64,000 nt of DNA, taken from assembly GCA_944387425.1 (NCBI GenBank), contig CALXEV010000002.1, positions 13,673 to 77,672 on the forward strand. The letters are read 5' to 3'. A model generated the notes under the pieces. The model searched no databases. It saw nothing but the letters and a program-made list of their open reading frames with translations, and had not been told where the DNA came from. This stretch comes from an uncultured Clostridia bacterium. GTDB taxonomy: Bacteria; Bacillota; Clostridia; TANB77; CAG-508. This document shows positions 54,973 through 64,000 of the stretch, one piece after another (the first letter of the stretch is position 1; each line of letters opens with the position of its first letter). The translations under genes and the position numbers were made by a program.

Positions 54973-56487
54973 ATGTCTATTATAAAAGAAGAAGATATTT
55001 TAAAAGTATTAATTTCATATAATCCTTGGTGGAGAAACTTTGAAGTTCCAAAAGAAGAAGTAAAAGAAATGAAGCGTAAAGCTTTTTTTGAAGCACAAGA
55101 GGCTTTTCTAAATAATGAAATTAGGAGATTTGTACTATTAACAGGAGCCAGAAGAGTTGGAAAAACCACAATAGTGTTTCAACAAATAAAAGAATTGATA
55201 GATAAAGGAAAAGACCCTAAACATATTTTATATGTTTCTTTTGATAACCCAATTTTAAAATTTTGTACACTAGATAAATTGATAGAGTTGTATGAGATAA
55301 ACTTTACTGGAGATGGAGAAAAATATCTATTTTTAGATGAAATACAATATGCTGAAGACTGGAATAAATGGTTAAAAGTAATATATGATAAAAATACCAA
55401 TATTCATATTATGGCAACAGGAAGTGCAAGTCCTATCATAAATAAAGGGTTAGCCGAAAGTGGTGCTGGAAGATGGATAACAATAACTGTTCCAACATTA
55501 TCGTTTTATGAATATTGTCAATTAAAAAGTATTAATGAAAAGAAAATAACGGTTAAAGATTTTAATAATATGACAGTAGAGGAAGTAAATAAATTATTAG
55601 TAAAGGATTTAGCAAAAAAAACAGAAATAGAAGCAATAGATAATAATATACCTTCAGATTTAAAAATAGAAGATTTAGAAAACTTAGACGAAAAGAAACT
55701 AGGAGATATCATAAATTCTTTATTAGGATTACAAAAACATTTTAATAGATATTTGAGGATAGGAGGATTTCCAGAACTTGTTTTAGCAACAGATGATGCT
55801 TATGCTGGAAAAATTCTAAGAGAAGATATAGTTGATAAAGTTTTAAAAAGAGATATGCCTAGTCTATTTGGAATTAGAAATATCAGTATATTAGAAAAAG
55901 TATTTTTATATTTATGTTTTGAATCTTCTAATATAATCAATTACAACAAAATGAGTCAAGAACTAGATAACACATCAATAGCAACAATACAAGATTACAT
56001 TATGTATTTAAAAAATGCCAATCTAATTTATGAAAGTAAACCAATTGGTGGAAAAGTTTTAAAATCAAAACCTAAGGTATATATAGCAGATAGTGCTATT
56101 AGAAATGCAGTTTTAATGAAAGATGATATTATAACAGATCCAACAGAAATGGGATATATTGTAGAAACAGCAGTATATAGACATGTATACACTTATATGC
56201 AAAAATTTAATGGAACTGTAGGATATTATAGAGATTCAAAAACAGAAAAAGAAATTGATATTGTAGCAGAATCTGTAAAAACAAACTTATATATAGAAGT
56301 AAAATATAGAGAGAAGACTGCAATAAAAAAAGACAATTCATTATATAATATTCCTAAACAAAACGATAAAATTTATGTTATAACAAAAGACCCTATGGAT
56401 TATGGTATTACAAAATTAGAAAATAATAAAAAGGTTGTAAGAATACCAGCATTTGCATTTTTATATTTGCTAGGAAAACAAGAATAA
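54973..56487 (+). CDS. AAA-type ATPase of the AAA_14 + DUF4143 family (COG1373-like)
   Basis: The Walker A motif is LTGARRVGKTT and Walker B is YLFLDEIQ. The C-terminal region is typical of DUF4143 proteins. ATG 54973 follows the RBS agaggtga. The track start 54850 overlaps ogg and spans the promoter. Confidence 0.8.
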   Translation: MSIIKEEDILKVLISYNPWWRNFEVPKEEVKEMKRKAFFEAQEAFLNNEIRRFVLLTGARRVGKTTIVFQQIKELIDKGKDPKHILYVSFDNPILKFCTLDKLIELYEINFTGDGEKYLFLDEIQYAEDWNKWLKVIYDKNTNIHIMATGSASPIINKGLAESGAGRWITITVPTLSFYEYCQLKSINEKKITVKDFNNMTVEEVNKLLVKDLAKKTEIEAIDNNIPSDLKIEDLENLDEKKLGDIINSLLGLQKHFNRYLRIGGFPELVLATDDAYAGKILREDIVDKVLKRDMPSLFGIRNISILEKVFLYLCFESSNIINYNKMSQELDNTSIATIQDYIMYLKNANLIYESKPIGGKVLKSKPKVYIADSAIRNAVLMKDDIITDPTEMGYIVETAVYRHVYTYMQKFNGTVGYYRDSKTEKEIDIVAESVKTNLYIEVKYREKTAIKKDNSLYNIPKQNDKIYVITKDPMDYGITKLENNKKVVRIPAFAFLYLLGKQE

Positions 56488-56492
56488 AAAAA

Positions 56493-56532
56493 TTGTCAAC
56501 AGAAACGGTTCACTTTACCGTCCTGTTGACAA
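56493..56532. terminator. Bidirectional terminator between the ATPase and leuS genes; an extended variant of the module-1 repeat
   Basis: ttgtcaacag...ctgttgacaa forms a 10-bp outer stem and acggt/accgt forms an inner stem. The hairpin is flanked by aaaaaa and tttttt. On the minus strand the core caggacggt resembles cagggacggtcc. Confidence 0.8.
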
Positions 56533-56537
56533 ATTTT

Positions 56538-58928
56538 TTATTTTACAACTACATTATAAATTTTGTTTTTAACATAAATTTCTTTAACAATAGTTTTTCC
56601 ATCAAGTTTTCCTTCAAGAGCAGAATGAACTTTCTCTTTAACAGAAGCTTCATCCTCATCTAAAGCAATCATAACAGTTGCTTTAAGTTTTCCATTTACT
56701 TGAACAGGAATTTCTTTCTCTTCATCAATAGTTTTTGCTTCATCATAAGTTGGCCATGCTTCATAAGCGATAGTATTATCATGTCCAAACACATTCCAAA
56801 GTTCTTCTGTTATATGAGGTGCTACTGGATTTAATAATTTTAGAAATCCTTCTGCATATTCTTTTGGAAGAATGTCTTCTTTACTAGCAGAATTTATAAA
56901 TATCATCATTTGAGAAATTGCTGTATTGAAATTCATTGTTTCATAATCATTTGTTACTTTTTTAACTGTATAATGATAAATTTTTTCAAGATTTTTATTT
57001 TCTTTATCTTGAACTTTTCCAGATTCAGCAAATAATCTCCATACTCTATCTAAGAACTTCTTAGCTCCATCTATTCCATTAGGATCCCATGGTTTACTAC
57101 TTTCAATTGGTCCCATAAACATTTCATAAATTCTTAAACTATCAGCTCCATATTGTTTAACCATATCATCAGGATTAATTACATTACCTTTTGATTTACT
57201 CATTTTTTCTCCATTGGTTCCCAAAATCATACCTTGATGACGTAGTTTTGCAAATGGTTCTTTAACAGGAACAAGACCTTTATTATAAAGATAATTATTC
57301 CAGAATCTTGAGTAAAGTAGGTGACCAACAGCGTGTTCTGGTCCACCCATATATAAATCTACTGGCATCCAATGCTCTAGTAATTTTTTATTTGCAAATT
57401 CTTTATCATTGTGTGGGTCAATATATCTTAAGAAATACCAACTTGAACCAGCTGATCCTGGCATTGTACTTGTTTCTCTTTTTGCAGGTTTTCCATGGAA
57501 TGTGGCATTTACCCAATCAGTAGCTTTATCAAGTGGTGAAGCACCTGTTTTTGATGGTGCATAATCTTCTAGTTCTGGTAAAACTAATGGTAAATCAGAA
57601 TCATCTAATGCTTTAATTTCATCATCTATATATACAATAGGAATAGGTTCTCCCCAATAACGTTGTCTAGCAAATATCCATTCACGTAATTTATAGTTAA
57701 CTTTTTTAGTACCAATTTTGTTATCTTCAAGCCAATTAATTATTTTTTCGATTGCTGATTTTTTATCAAGTCCATTTAAGAAGTCAGAGTTAATATGTAA
57801 TCCATCACCTGTGAAAGCTTCTTTAGAAATATCTCCACCTTCTAAAACAGGAATAATATCAATTCCAAATTTAGTTGCAAATTCATAATCTCTTTGGTCA
57901 TGTGCAGGAACTGCCATGATGCATCCAGTTCCATAAGTAGATAAAACATAATCTGAAATCCAAATAGGAATTTTTTTATTATTTACTGGATTAATAGCAT
58001 ATGCACCTGTAAATACACCTGTTTTTTCTTTACTAAGTTCAGTTCTTTCTAAATCAGACTTTGAAGCTGTTAACTTCTTATATTCTATTACTGCTTCTTT
58101 TTTGTCTTCAGTTGTAATTTGATCAACTAAATCAAGTTCAGGAGCTAGAACACAATAAGTTGCTCCAAATAATGTATCAGGTCTTGTTGTGAATACAGTA
58201 AATTCTATATCGTCGCTATTTGCAACTTTAAATTTAACTTCAGCACCTTCACTACGACCAATCCAATTTCTTTGAATTTCTTTTGTTGACTCTGGCCAAT
58301 CAACTTCATCAAGACCTTTTAACAATGTTTCAGCATATTTAGGAATATCTAAAACCCATTGTTTCATATTTTTTCTAACAACAGGGAAACCGCCTCTTTC
58401 ACTTTTTCCGTCAATTACTTCATCATTAGACAAAACACATCCAAGTCCTTCACACCAATTTACAGGCATTTCTACTAGTTTTGCTAATCCATCATTAAAT
58501 AATTGCTTAAAAATCCATTGTGTCCATTTGTAAAAGTCTGGGTCACAAGTAGAAACTTGCTTATCCCAATCAAAAGAAAAACCTAACATTTTCAATTGTT
58601 TTGTAAATGTTTCAATATTGGCTTCTGTAAAGCCAGCAGGATGATTTCCCGTTTTTATTGCGTATTGTTCAGCAGGTAATCCAAATGAATCAAATCCCAT
58701 TGGATGTAATACATTATAACCTTGCATTCTTTTCATTCTTGATAAAATATCTGTTGCTGTATATCCTTCAGGATGTCCTACATGTAGTCCTTGACCTGAT
58801 GGATAAGGAAACATATCTAATGCATAGTATTTTGGTTTTGAAAAATCCCATACATCTGTGAAAAATGTTTTATTATTTTCCCAATAATCTTGCCATTTTT
58901 TTTCTATTTCTTTAAAATTATATGCCAT
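56538..58928 (-). CDS. leuS: Leucyl-tRNA synthetase
   Basis: The protein starts [16 protein letters not shown] and has the HIGH motif ([11 protein letters not shown]) and KMSKS ([10 protein letters not shown]). ATG 58928 follows the RBS ggaggg. The track start 58991 lies inside the promoter. Confidence 0.95.
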   Translation of the reverse strand: MAYNFKEIEKKWQDYWENNKTFFTDVWDFSKPKYYALDMFPYPSGQGLHVGHPEGYTATDILSRMKRMQGYNVLHPMGFDSFGLPAEQYAIKTGNHPAGFTEANIETFTKQLKMLGFSFDWDKQVSTCDPDFYKWTQWIFKQLFNDGLAKLVEMPVNWCEGLGCVLSNDEVIDGKSERGGFPVVRKNMKQWVLDIPKYAETLLKGLDEVDWPESTKEIQRNWIGRSEGAEVKFKVANSDDIEFTVFTTRPDTLFGATYCVLAPELDLVDQITTEDKKEAVIEYKKLTASKSDLERTELSKEKTGVFTGAYAINPVNNKKIPIWISDYVLSTYGTGCIMAVPAHDQRDYEFATKFGIDIIPVLEGGDISKEAFTGDGLHINSDFLNGLDKKSAIEKIINWLEDNKIGTKKVNYKLREWIFARQRYWGEPIPIVYIDDEIKALDDSDLPLVLPELEDYAPSKTGASPLDKATDWVNATFHGKPAKRETSTMPGSAGSSWYFLRYIDPHNDKEFANKKLLEHWMPVDLYMGGPEHAVGHLLYSRFWNNYLYNKGLVPVKEPFAKLRHQGMILGTNGEKMSKSKGNVINPDDMVKQYGADSLRIYEMFMGPIESSKPWDPNGIDGAKKFLDRVWRLFAESGKVQDKENKNLEKIYHYTVKKVTNDYETMNFNTAISQMMIFINSASKEDILPKEYAEGFLKLLNPVAPHITEELWNVFGHDNTIAYEAWPTYDEAKTIDEEKEIPVQVNGKLKATVMIALDEDEASVKEKVHSALEGKLDGKTIVKEIYVKNKIYNVVVK

Positions 58929-58962
58929 AGAAATTTCCCTCCGTTCATTTTCTAATATATCG

Positions 58963-58991
58963 ATTATACTAGCAAAATGCCCAAAAGTCAA
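58963..58991 (-). promoter_or_regulatory. Sigma-A promoter of leuS, with a short leader and no T-box
   Basis: On the minus strand: TTGACT (58991-58986), a 17-nt spacer and TATAAT (58968-58963). Confidence 0.65.
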
Positions 58992-59082
58992 TGAAAAAAT
59001 TCAAATAATCTATTGAAATATTCACTAAAAACCGATATAATATTATAAGTAAAAAACCAAAAAATTGGAAGGAGTTTTGAAT

Positions 59083-59583
59083 ATGAAAAAACTTAAATAT
59101 ATAATTGCAATAATAGTAATATGTTTACTAGTATTTATAGGTGTAGAATTATTAAGCCAAAATAACACAAACAATCAGAATACTTTGGATGGAACAAATA
59201 CCAATACAAGTAATGAAAATATAGAAAATGAAAATACAACAAATGAAACAAATACAGATAATGTAGAACAAAACAATCCAGAAGAAACCCCAGTAATAGG
59301 AGAGCCTGCAGTAAAAGATGAAATTACAACAGGAGAAGAATTATTAGAACAAGCTGAAAAAACTTTAACAGCAAGAGGCTGGGCTGGTTCATCAAATAAT
59401 ATAATAGGCCTTAAAGATGAAACTATATACTTTTATAATAGAGGAACAGGAGAATTTTACAAAATTGCTACAGGAATAACAGATATTGAATATAGTGAAG
59501 ATGATCCAGAAATTATAATTGCAACTAAAAACTCAAATTCACAGGAATTAGGCGAAAAACCAATGTTCCTAGAATATGAATAA
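59083..59583 (+). CDS. Hypothetical membrane-anchored protein with an Asn/Thr/Glu-rich linker
   Basis: The RBS is ggaaggag. The N-terminal TM segment is MKKLKYIIAIIVICLLVFIGV, followed by a low-complexity N/T/E region. Confidence 0.65.
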   Translation: MKKLKYIIAIIVICLLVFIGVELLSQNNTNNQNTLDGTNTNTSNENIENENTTNETNTDNVEQNNPEETPVIGEPAVKDEITTGEELLEQAEKTLTARGWAGSSNNIIGLKDETIYFYNRGTGEFYKIATGITDIEYSEDDPEIIIATKNSNSQELGEKPMFLEYE

Positions 59584-59609
59584 ATTGTAATAAGAAAAGA
59601 GGAAAATAA

Positions 59610-60383
59610 ATGATAGTAAACCTAGAAAAATCAAAAGAAGAATTTTTGAAATATACAGAAAACTATGATTTAGAAAACGGAAATATAAAAAGAAAACAAT
59701 TACATTCTTTAAGAGTTATGAGAATTTCAAAAGAAATTGCTATAGGCTTAAATTTGAATGATGATGAGATAAAAATTGCAACATTGATTGGTTTATTACA
59801 TGATATAGGTAGATTTGAGCAATACACAAATTATAAAACATTTCGAGATAATGACAGTATTGACCATGGAGATTTAGGTGCAAAAATATTAGAAAAAGAT
59901 ATTAGAAATTATATAGAAACAGATAAATATGATGAAATAATAATTAAAGCAGTTAAAAATCACAATAAATATGCAATACCAAAAGATTTAACAGGAGAAT
60001 TATTATTATTTACAAAACTAGTAAGAGATGCAGATAAAATTGATATATTATATGAGTCTATTGAAATTTTTAATTTGGGAAATGAATTAGAAGTTGAAAA
60101 TTCACAGATTTCACCACAAATTTTTGAAAAAATATGTGATAAAAAACAAATTAAGAGAACTAAAAATATGCAAAAGACACCTGCAGACACAATTGTTTCA
60201 TTTATTGCATTTATATTTGATATTAATTTTAAAACAAGTTTTCAAATTATACAAAGAGAAAACTATATAAACCAAATTTTAGATAGATATAACTTTAAAG
60301 ACAAACAAACAAAAGAAGAAGTAGAAAAAATAAGAGAAATAGCAAACAACTATATAAAAGAAAAGACGCTTGAAAGTGATTAA
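59610..60383 (+). CDS. HD-domain metal-dependent phosphohydrolase (paralog 1)
   Basis: HSLRVMRISKEIA...LIGLLHDIGRFEQ...DHGDLGAKIL...VRDADKIDIL. Confidence 0.8.
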   Translation: MIVNLEKSKEEFLKYTENYDLENGNIKRKQLHSLRVMRISKEIAIGLNLNDDEIKIATLIGLLHDIGRFEQYTNYKTFRDNDSIDHGDLGAKILEKDIRNYIETDKYDEIIIKAVKNHNKYAIPKDLTGELLLFTKLVRDADKIDILYESIEIFNLGNELEVENSQISPQIFEKICDKKQIKRTKNMQKTPADTIVSFIAFIFDINFKTSFQIIQRENYINQILDRYNFKDKQTKEEVEKIREIANNYIKEKTLESD

Positions 60384-60409
60384 TTTTTTTGGAACTAGGA
60401 GGAATAGAT

Positions 60410-61174
60410 GTGCCAATAGATATTTTACATGCAAAACAACAATTCAAAGAATATGTAAAAAAATATAATCCAGAAGATGAAAAAATTAAAATGAAGATAG
60501 CTCATATTGAAAGAGTGTCACAATATTCTAAAAAAATAGCAGAAAATCTAAATTTAAGTGAAGAAGATATTAAGCTAGCAGAACTAATTGGACTATTACA
60601 TGACATTGGAAGATTCGAGCAAGTAAGACTTTACCATACTTTTGTTGACAAAGATAGTATAAATCACGGAGAATATGGAGTAAAAGTTTTATTTGAAGAT
60701 GAGCTTATAAGAAAATTTATAGAAGAAGATAAGTTTGACAAAATAATTAAATTAGCAATATTAAATCATAATAGAGCAAAAATAGAAAGTGGACTAACAG
60801 AAAGAGAAAACTTACATGCTAAAATTATTAGAGATGCTGATAAAACAGATATATTCTATGTTTTGGTAACAGGTGATAAAAAAGCAATCTGGGAAAAGGC
60901 AGACTTATCAGATGATAAAATTTCTGATGAAATATATAGAGAATTTATAGAAGACAAAGAAATAAATTATAAAGAAAGGCGAACTAGTGCAGATATACTA
61001 GTTAGCCACTTTAATTATGTTTATGATTTGAATTTTAAAGAAACTAGACAAATAATTAAAGAAAATCAATATATAGATAAACTATATAAAAGATTTACAT
61101 TTAATGATGCAGAAACAATGAGAAGATTTAATGAGATTTACAGATTAGCAAAAGCAAAAATAGAAGAGGAGTAA
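60410..61174 (+). CDS. HD-domain metal-dependent phosphohydrolase (paralog 2)
   Basis: HIERVSQYSKKIA...LIGLLHDIGRFEQ...NHGEYGVKVL...IRDADKTDIF. The in-frame GTG 60410 sits 7 nt after the RBS aggagg, and the track start TTG 60389 is the alternative. Confidence 0.78.
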   Translation: MPIDILHAKQQFKEYVKKYNPEDEKIKMKIAHIERVSQYSKKIAENLNLSEEDIKLAELIGLLHDIGRFEQVRLYHTFVDKDSINHGEYGVKVLFEDELIRKFIEEDKFDKIIKLAILNHNRAKIESGLTERENLHAKIIRDADKTDIFYVLVTGDKKAIWEKADLSDDKISDEIYREFIEDKEINYKERRTSADILVSHFNYVYDLNFKETRQIIKENQYIDKLYKRFTFNDAETMRRFNEIYRLAKAKIEEE

Positions 61175-61179
61175 TCTAA

Positions 61180-63147
61180 ATGTCCAAAAAACTATTAATT
61201 ACAGAGAAACCATCTGTAGCAATTGAATTTGCAAAAGCTTTAAAAATAAATACAAATAGAAAAAATGGATATATAGAATCAGATAACTGGATTATTACAT
61301 GGTGTGTTGGCCATTTAGTTACTATGAGTTATCCAGAGGTATATGACGAAAAACTTAAGTTTTGGAGATTAGATACATTGCCATTTATACCAAAAGAATG
61401 GAAATATGAAATAATTCCAGCAGTTCAAAATCAGTTTAACATTGTAAAACAACTACTTCAAAGAGAAGATGTTGAAGAAATTTATAATGCAGGTGACTCT
61501 GGAAGAGAAGGGGAATATATACAAAGACTTGTATTTATGATGGCAAAACCAAACCCAAAAGCAAAAATTAAAAGAGTATGGATTGATTCACAAACAGAAG
61601 AAGAAATACAAAGAGGAATAAGAGAAGCTAAAGATGAAAGTGAATATGATAGTTTATCAGATTCAGCATACTTAAGAGCAAAAGAAGATTATTTAATAGG
61701 AATAAACTTTTCGCGTTTACTTTCAATAATTTATGGCAGAAAAGTTGCAAACCAAATACATGAAGAAAAAGCATCTATTTCAGTAGGACGAGTTATGACA
61801 TGTGTATTAGGGATGGTTGTTTTAAGAGAAAGAGAAATACGAAACTTTGTAAAAACAAAATACTATAAAATAATTGGCGAATTTGGAGATGAAACAGGAA
61901 CATTTAAAGCTGAATGGAAAGTAAATGAAAAATCAAAAATGTTTGAAAGTCCAAAACTTTATAATGAAAGTGGTTTTAAAAAACAAGAAGATGCAAAGGA
62001 ATTCATAACAAGTTTGACTGGGAAAAAAGCAATAATAGCAGAATTAAAAAAGACAAAACAAAAAGAAAAAGCACCACTATTATTTAATCTAGCTGAAATA
62101 CAAAATGAATGTACAAAAAGATTTAAAATTAAGCCAGATGAAACCCTAGAAATAATACAAAACTTATATGAGAAAAAATTAGTAACATATCCAAGAACTG
62201 ATGCAAGAGTTTTATCAACAGCTGTAGCAAAAGAAATTTCTAAAAACTTAAATGGGCTTATAAAAGGGTATAAAGATGAAGAAGTTCAAAAACTTATGAA
62301 GAAAATGGTTGATGAAAAATATTCAACAAATTTGAGTAAGACTAAATATGTAAATGATAGTAAAATAACAGACCACTATGCAATAATTCCTACAGGACAA
62401 GGTTTTGAAAATTATGAAAAATTGCCAGAACTTCAAAAAAAGATTTATGATGTTATAGTAAAAAGATTTATCGCAATATTTTATCCTGAAGCAGAATATA
62501 ATAAAATAACATTAACTGTGCAAATAGAAAACGAAACATTTAACGCAAGTGGAAAGGTTTGCACTAATCAAGGATATTTAGAAGTCTTAAAACCAAAAAA
62601 TGATAATAAATTATCCACAGAAAAGCAACAAAAAGTGGAAAACTCTAGCCAAAATCAAAAAAATGAAGAATTAGATGATAATTTAGAAGTACTAAAAAAC
62701 TTAAAAAAAGGTCAAGAAGTACAAGTTCAAAATTTTGAAATAAAAGATGCAGAAACTTCACCACCAACTAGATATAATTCTGGCTCAATAATTCTTGCAA
62801 TGGAGAATGCGGGAAAATTAATTGAAGATGAAGAACTAAGGGAACAAATTAAAGGAGCTGGAATAGGAACAAGTGCAACTAGAGGCGAAATAATAAAAAA
62901 ATTAGAAAAAATAAAATATATTGATATAAATTCAAAAACTCAAATTGTTACACCTACTCAAAAAGGTGAAGCAATTTATGATGTTGTAAATTATTCAATG
63001 CCAGATATGCTAAATCCAAAACTAACAGCTAGTTGGGAAAAAGGGTTGGATATGGTTGCAAAAAAAGAGATTGAATCAAATGTGTTTATGACAAAGCTTG
63101 AAAATTATATAAATTCTAAGTTTGATAAACTTGTGATTAGAAAATAA
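61180..63147 (+). CDS. topB: DNA topoisomerase III (type IA)
   Basis: The Toprim N-terminus is KLLITEKPSVA and the DxD-like motif is AGDSGREGEY. The active-site Tyr context is LVTYPRTDARVL. Confidence 0.88.
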   Translation: MSKKLLITEKPSVAIEFAKALKINTNRKNGYIESDNWIITWCVGHLVTMSYPEVYDEKLKFWRLDTLPFIPKEWKYEIIPAVQNQFNIVKQLLQREDVEEIYNAGDSGREGEYIQRLVFMMAKPNPKAKIKRVWIDSQTEEEIQRGIREAKDESEYDSLSDSAYLRAKEDYLIGINFSRLLSIIYGRKVANQIHEEKASISVGRVMTCVLGMVVLREREIRNFVKTKYYKIIGEFGDETGTFKAEWKVNEKSKMFESPKLYNESGFKKQEDAKEFITSLTGKKAIIAELKKTKQKEKAPLLFNLAEIQNECTKRFKIKPDETLEIIQNLYEKKLVTYPRTDARVLSTAVAKEISKNLNGLIKGYKDEEVQKLMKKMVDEKYSTNLSKTKYVNDSKITDHYAIIPTGQGFENYEKLPELQKKIYDVIVKRFIAIFYPEAEYNKITLTVQIENETFNASGKVCTNQGYLEVLKPKNDNKLSTEKQQKVENSSQNQKNEELDDNLEVLKNLKKGQEVQVQNFEIKDAETSPPTRYNSGSIILAMENAGKLIEDEELREQIKGAGIGTSATRGEIIKKLEKIKYIDINSKTQIVTPTQKGEAIYDVVNYSMPDMLNPKLTASWEKGLDMVAKKEIESNVFMTKLENYINSKFDKLVIRK

Positions 63148-63162
63148 AAGAAAGGATTAGAA

Positions 63163-64000
63163 ATGAATACAATCATAGGAGAGTTAGGAAAAAATCCTAA
63201 ATTTTGTGAATACATAAAAAGCATAGAAGAACAAAAAAGCCCGATAGCTATATCGGGCTTAACAGACGTTGGTATGGCTCAAATAATTTCAGCAACAAAG
63301 GAATTTGCAAAAAAGCCAATATGTATAATTACATATAATGAAATACAAGCCAAAAAATTAGTCGAGGATTTAAAATATTTTACAGATAAAGTAGTATTTT
63401 TTCCTAAAAAAGAAATTGTGACATATGATTATGTAGCTGAAAGTAAAGACTTACCTTATGAAAGAATAGAAGCACTGAATAAAATCCAAGGAATGAAAAC
63501 AGGTATAATTGTAACAACAATAGAAGCAACAATGCAAAAAATCATGAGTAAAAAAGCTCTATATAAAAATGTGTTAAAATTTAAAATACAAGATGAATAT
63601 AATCTTGAAGATGTTAAAAGAAAATTATTAGATTTAGGATATACAAGATGTGATTTAATTGAAGGAAGAGGACAGTTCAGTGTTAGAGGTGGAATTGTAG
63701 ATATTTCTTTAACAGAAAAAAATGGAGTCAGAATTGAATTTTGGGGAGATGAAATAGATTCAATTAGATATTTTAACATTGTAAGCCAAAGATCAACAGA
63801 AGAAATAAAAGAAATAACAATTAATCCTGCACATGAATATTTATTAGAAAAACCATTAGAAACTGTAATAGAAAAAATTCGAAGCACTGTATATAATGAA
63901 GAAGTACAAGAACAGGTAGAACAAGATATAGAGATTATAAAAAATGGAGACTATATTAGTAAAGTTGATAAATATTTTAATGCTTTTTATGAACAGCAAG
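63163..64000 (+). CDS. mfd: Transcription-repair coupling factor Mfd; N-terminal part only, as the 3' end lies outside the window
   Basis: This frame is absent from the ORF track because it stays open to the window end. My own translation, MNTIIGELGKNPKFCEYIKS...GQFSVRGGIVDISL...IEFWGDEIDSIRYF, is the UvrB-homology module of Mfd. Confidence 0.85.
   Translation, partial: MNTIIGELGKNPKFCEYIKSIEEQKSPIAISGLTDVGMAQIISATKEFAKKPICIITYNEIQAKKLVEDLKYFTDKVVFFPKKEIVTYDYVAESKDLPYERIEALNKIQGMKTGIIVTTIEATMQKIMSKKALYKNVLKFKIQDEYNLEDVKRKLLDLGYTRCDLIEGRGQFSVRGGIVDISLTEKNGVRIEFWGDEIDSIRYFNIVSQRSTEEIKEITINPAHEYLLEKPLETVIEKIRSTVYNEEVQEQVEQDIEIIKNGDYISKVDKYFNAFYEQQ

Noticed and set aside
63456-63887. Minus-strand ORF of 143 aa
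   Set aside because: It is antisense to the plus-strand frame that is open from 63163 to the window end. That frame encodes a clear Mfd N-terminal (UvrB-homology) sequence.

Overview
This is a very AT-rich chromosomal segment with Bacillota/Clostridia-like gene content and synteny. All gene identifications rest on motif reading only, because no database search was possible.

Most of the window is housekeeping:
- Translation and ribosome: aspS, a T-box-controlled pheST, leuS, and the ylxM-ffh-rpsP-KH-rimM-trmD-rplS block.
- Membrane and envelope: pyrH-frr-uppS-cdsA-rseP, and a P-type Ca2+ ATPase.
- Metabolism: pflBA.
- Nucleic-acid functions: tex, ogg, topB, mfd.
- Proteolysis: htrA and a LonC-type protease.

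Four accessory or unusual elements stand out:
1. A self-contained two-gene module at 41.9-45.9 kb with its own consensus promoter and terminator. It encodes a chimeric sigma70-region-4 / RNA-polymerase-alpha-CTD protein, followed by an 833-aa adenosine-deaminase-fold protein with a C-terminal LOG/SLOG-like Rossmann domain. I rank this as the best candidate for an undescribed nucleotide-modifying conflict or signalling system. It resembles the RADAR RdrB and Cad1 deaminase effectors in concept but not in architecture.
2. An island of about 11.7 kb at 5.2-16.9 kb. It carries a bimodular C-A-T-C-A-T-R NRPS of the dipeptide-aldehyde/pyrazinone type. A 7TM sensor kinase follows 7 nt after the NRPS stop, then a REC-HD-GYP regulator and a lone tyrosine recombinase.
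3. A giant thioester-domain adhesin (TED, then 10 CnaB repeats, then 4 DUF11-like repeats). A 1-nt frameshift falls between the thioester Cys and Gln motifs.
4. A dense two-module family of short intergenic repeats with at least 14 copies in the window. Copies serve as terminators, supply stop codons, sit in the pheS leader, and in one case lie in frame inside the ogg coding sequence.

I saw no rRNA gene, tRNA gene or CRISPR array.
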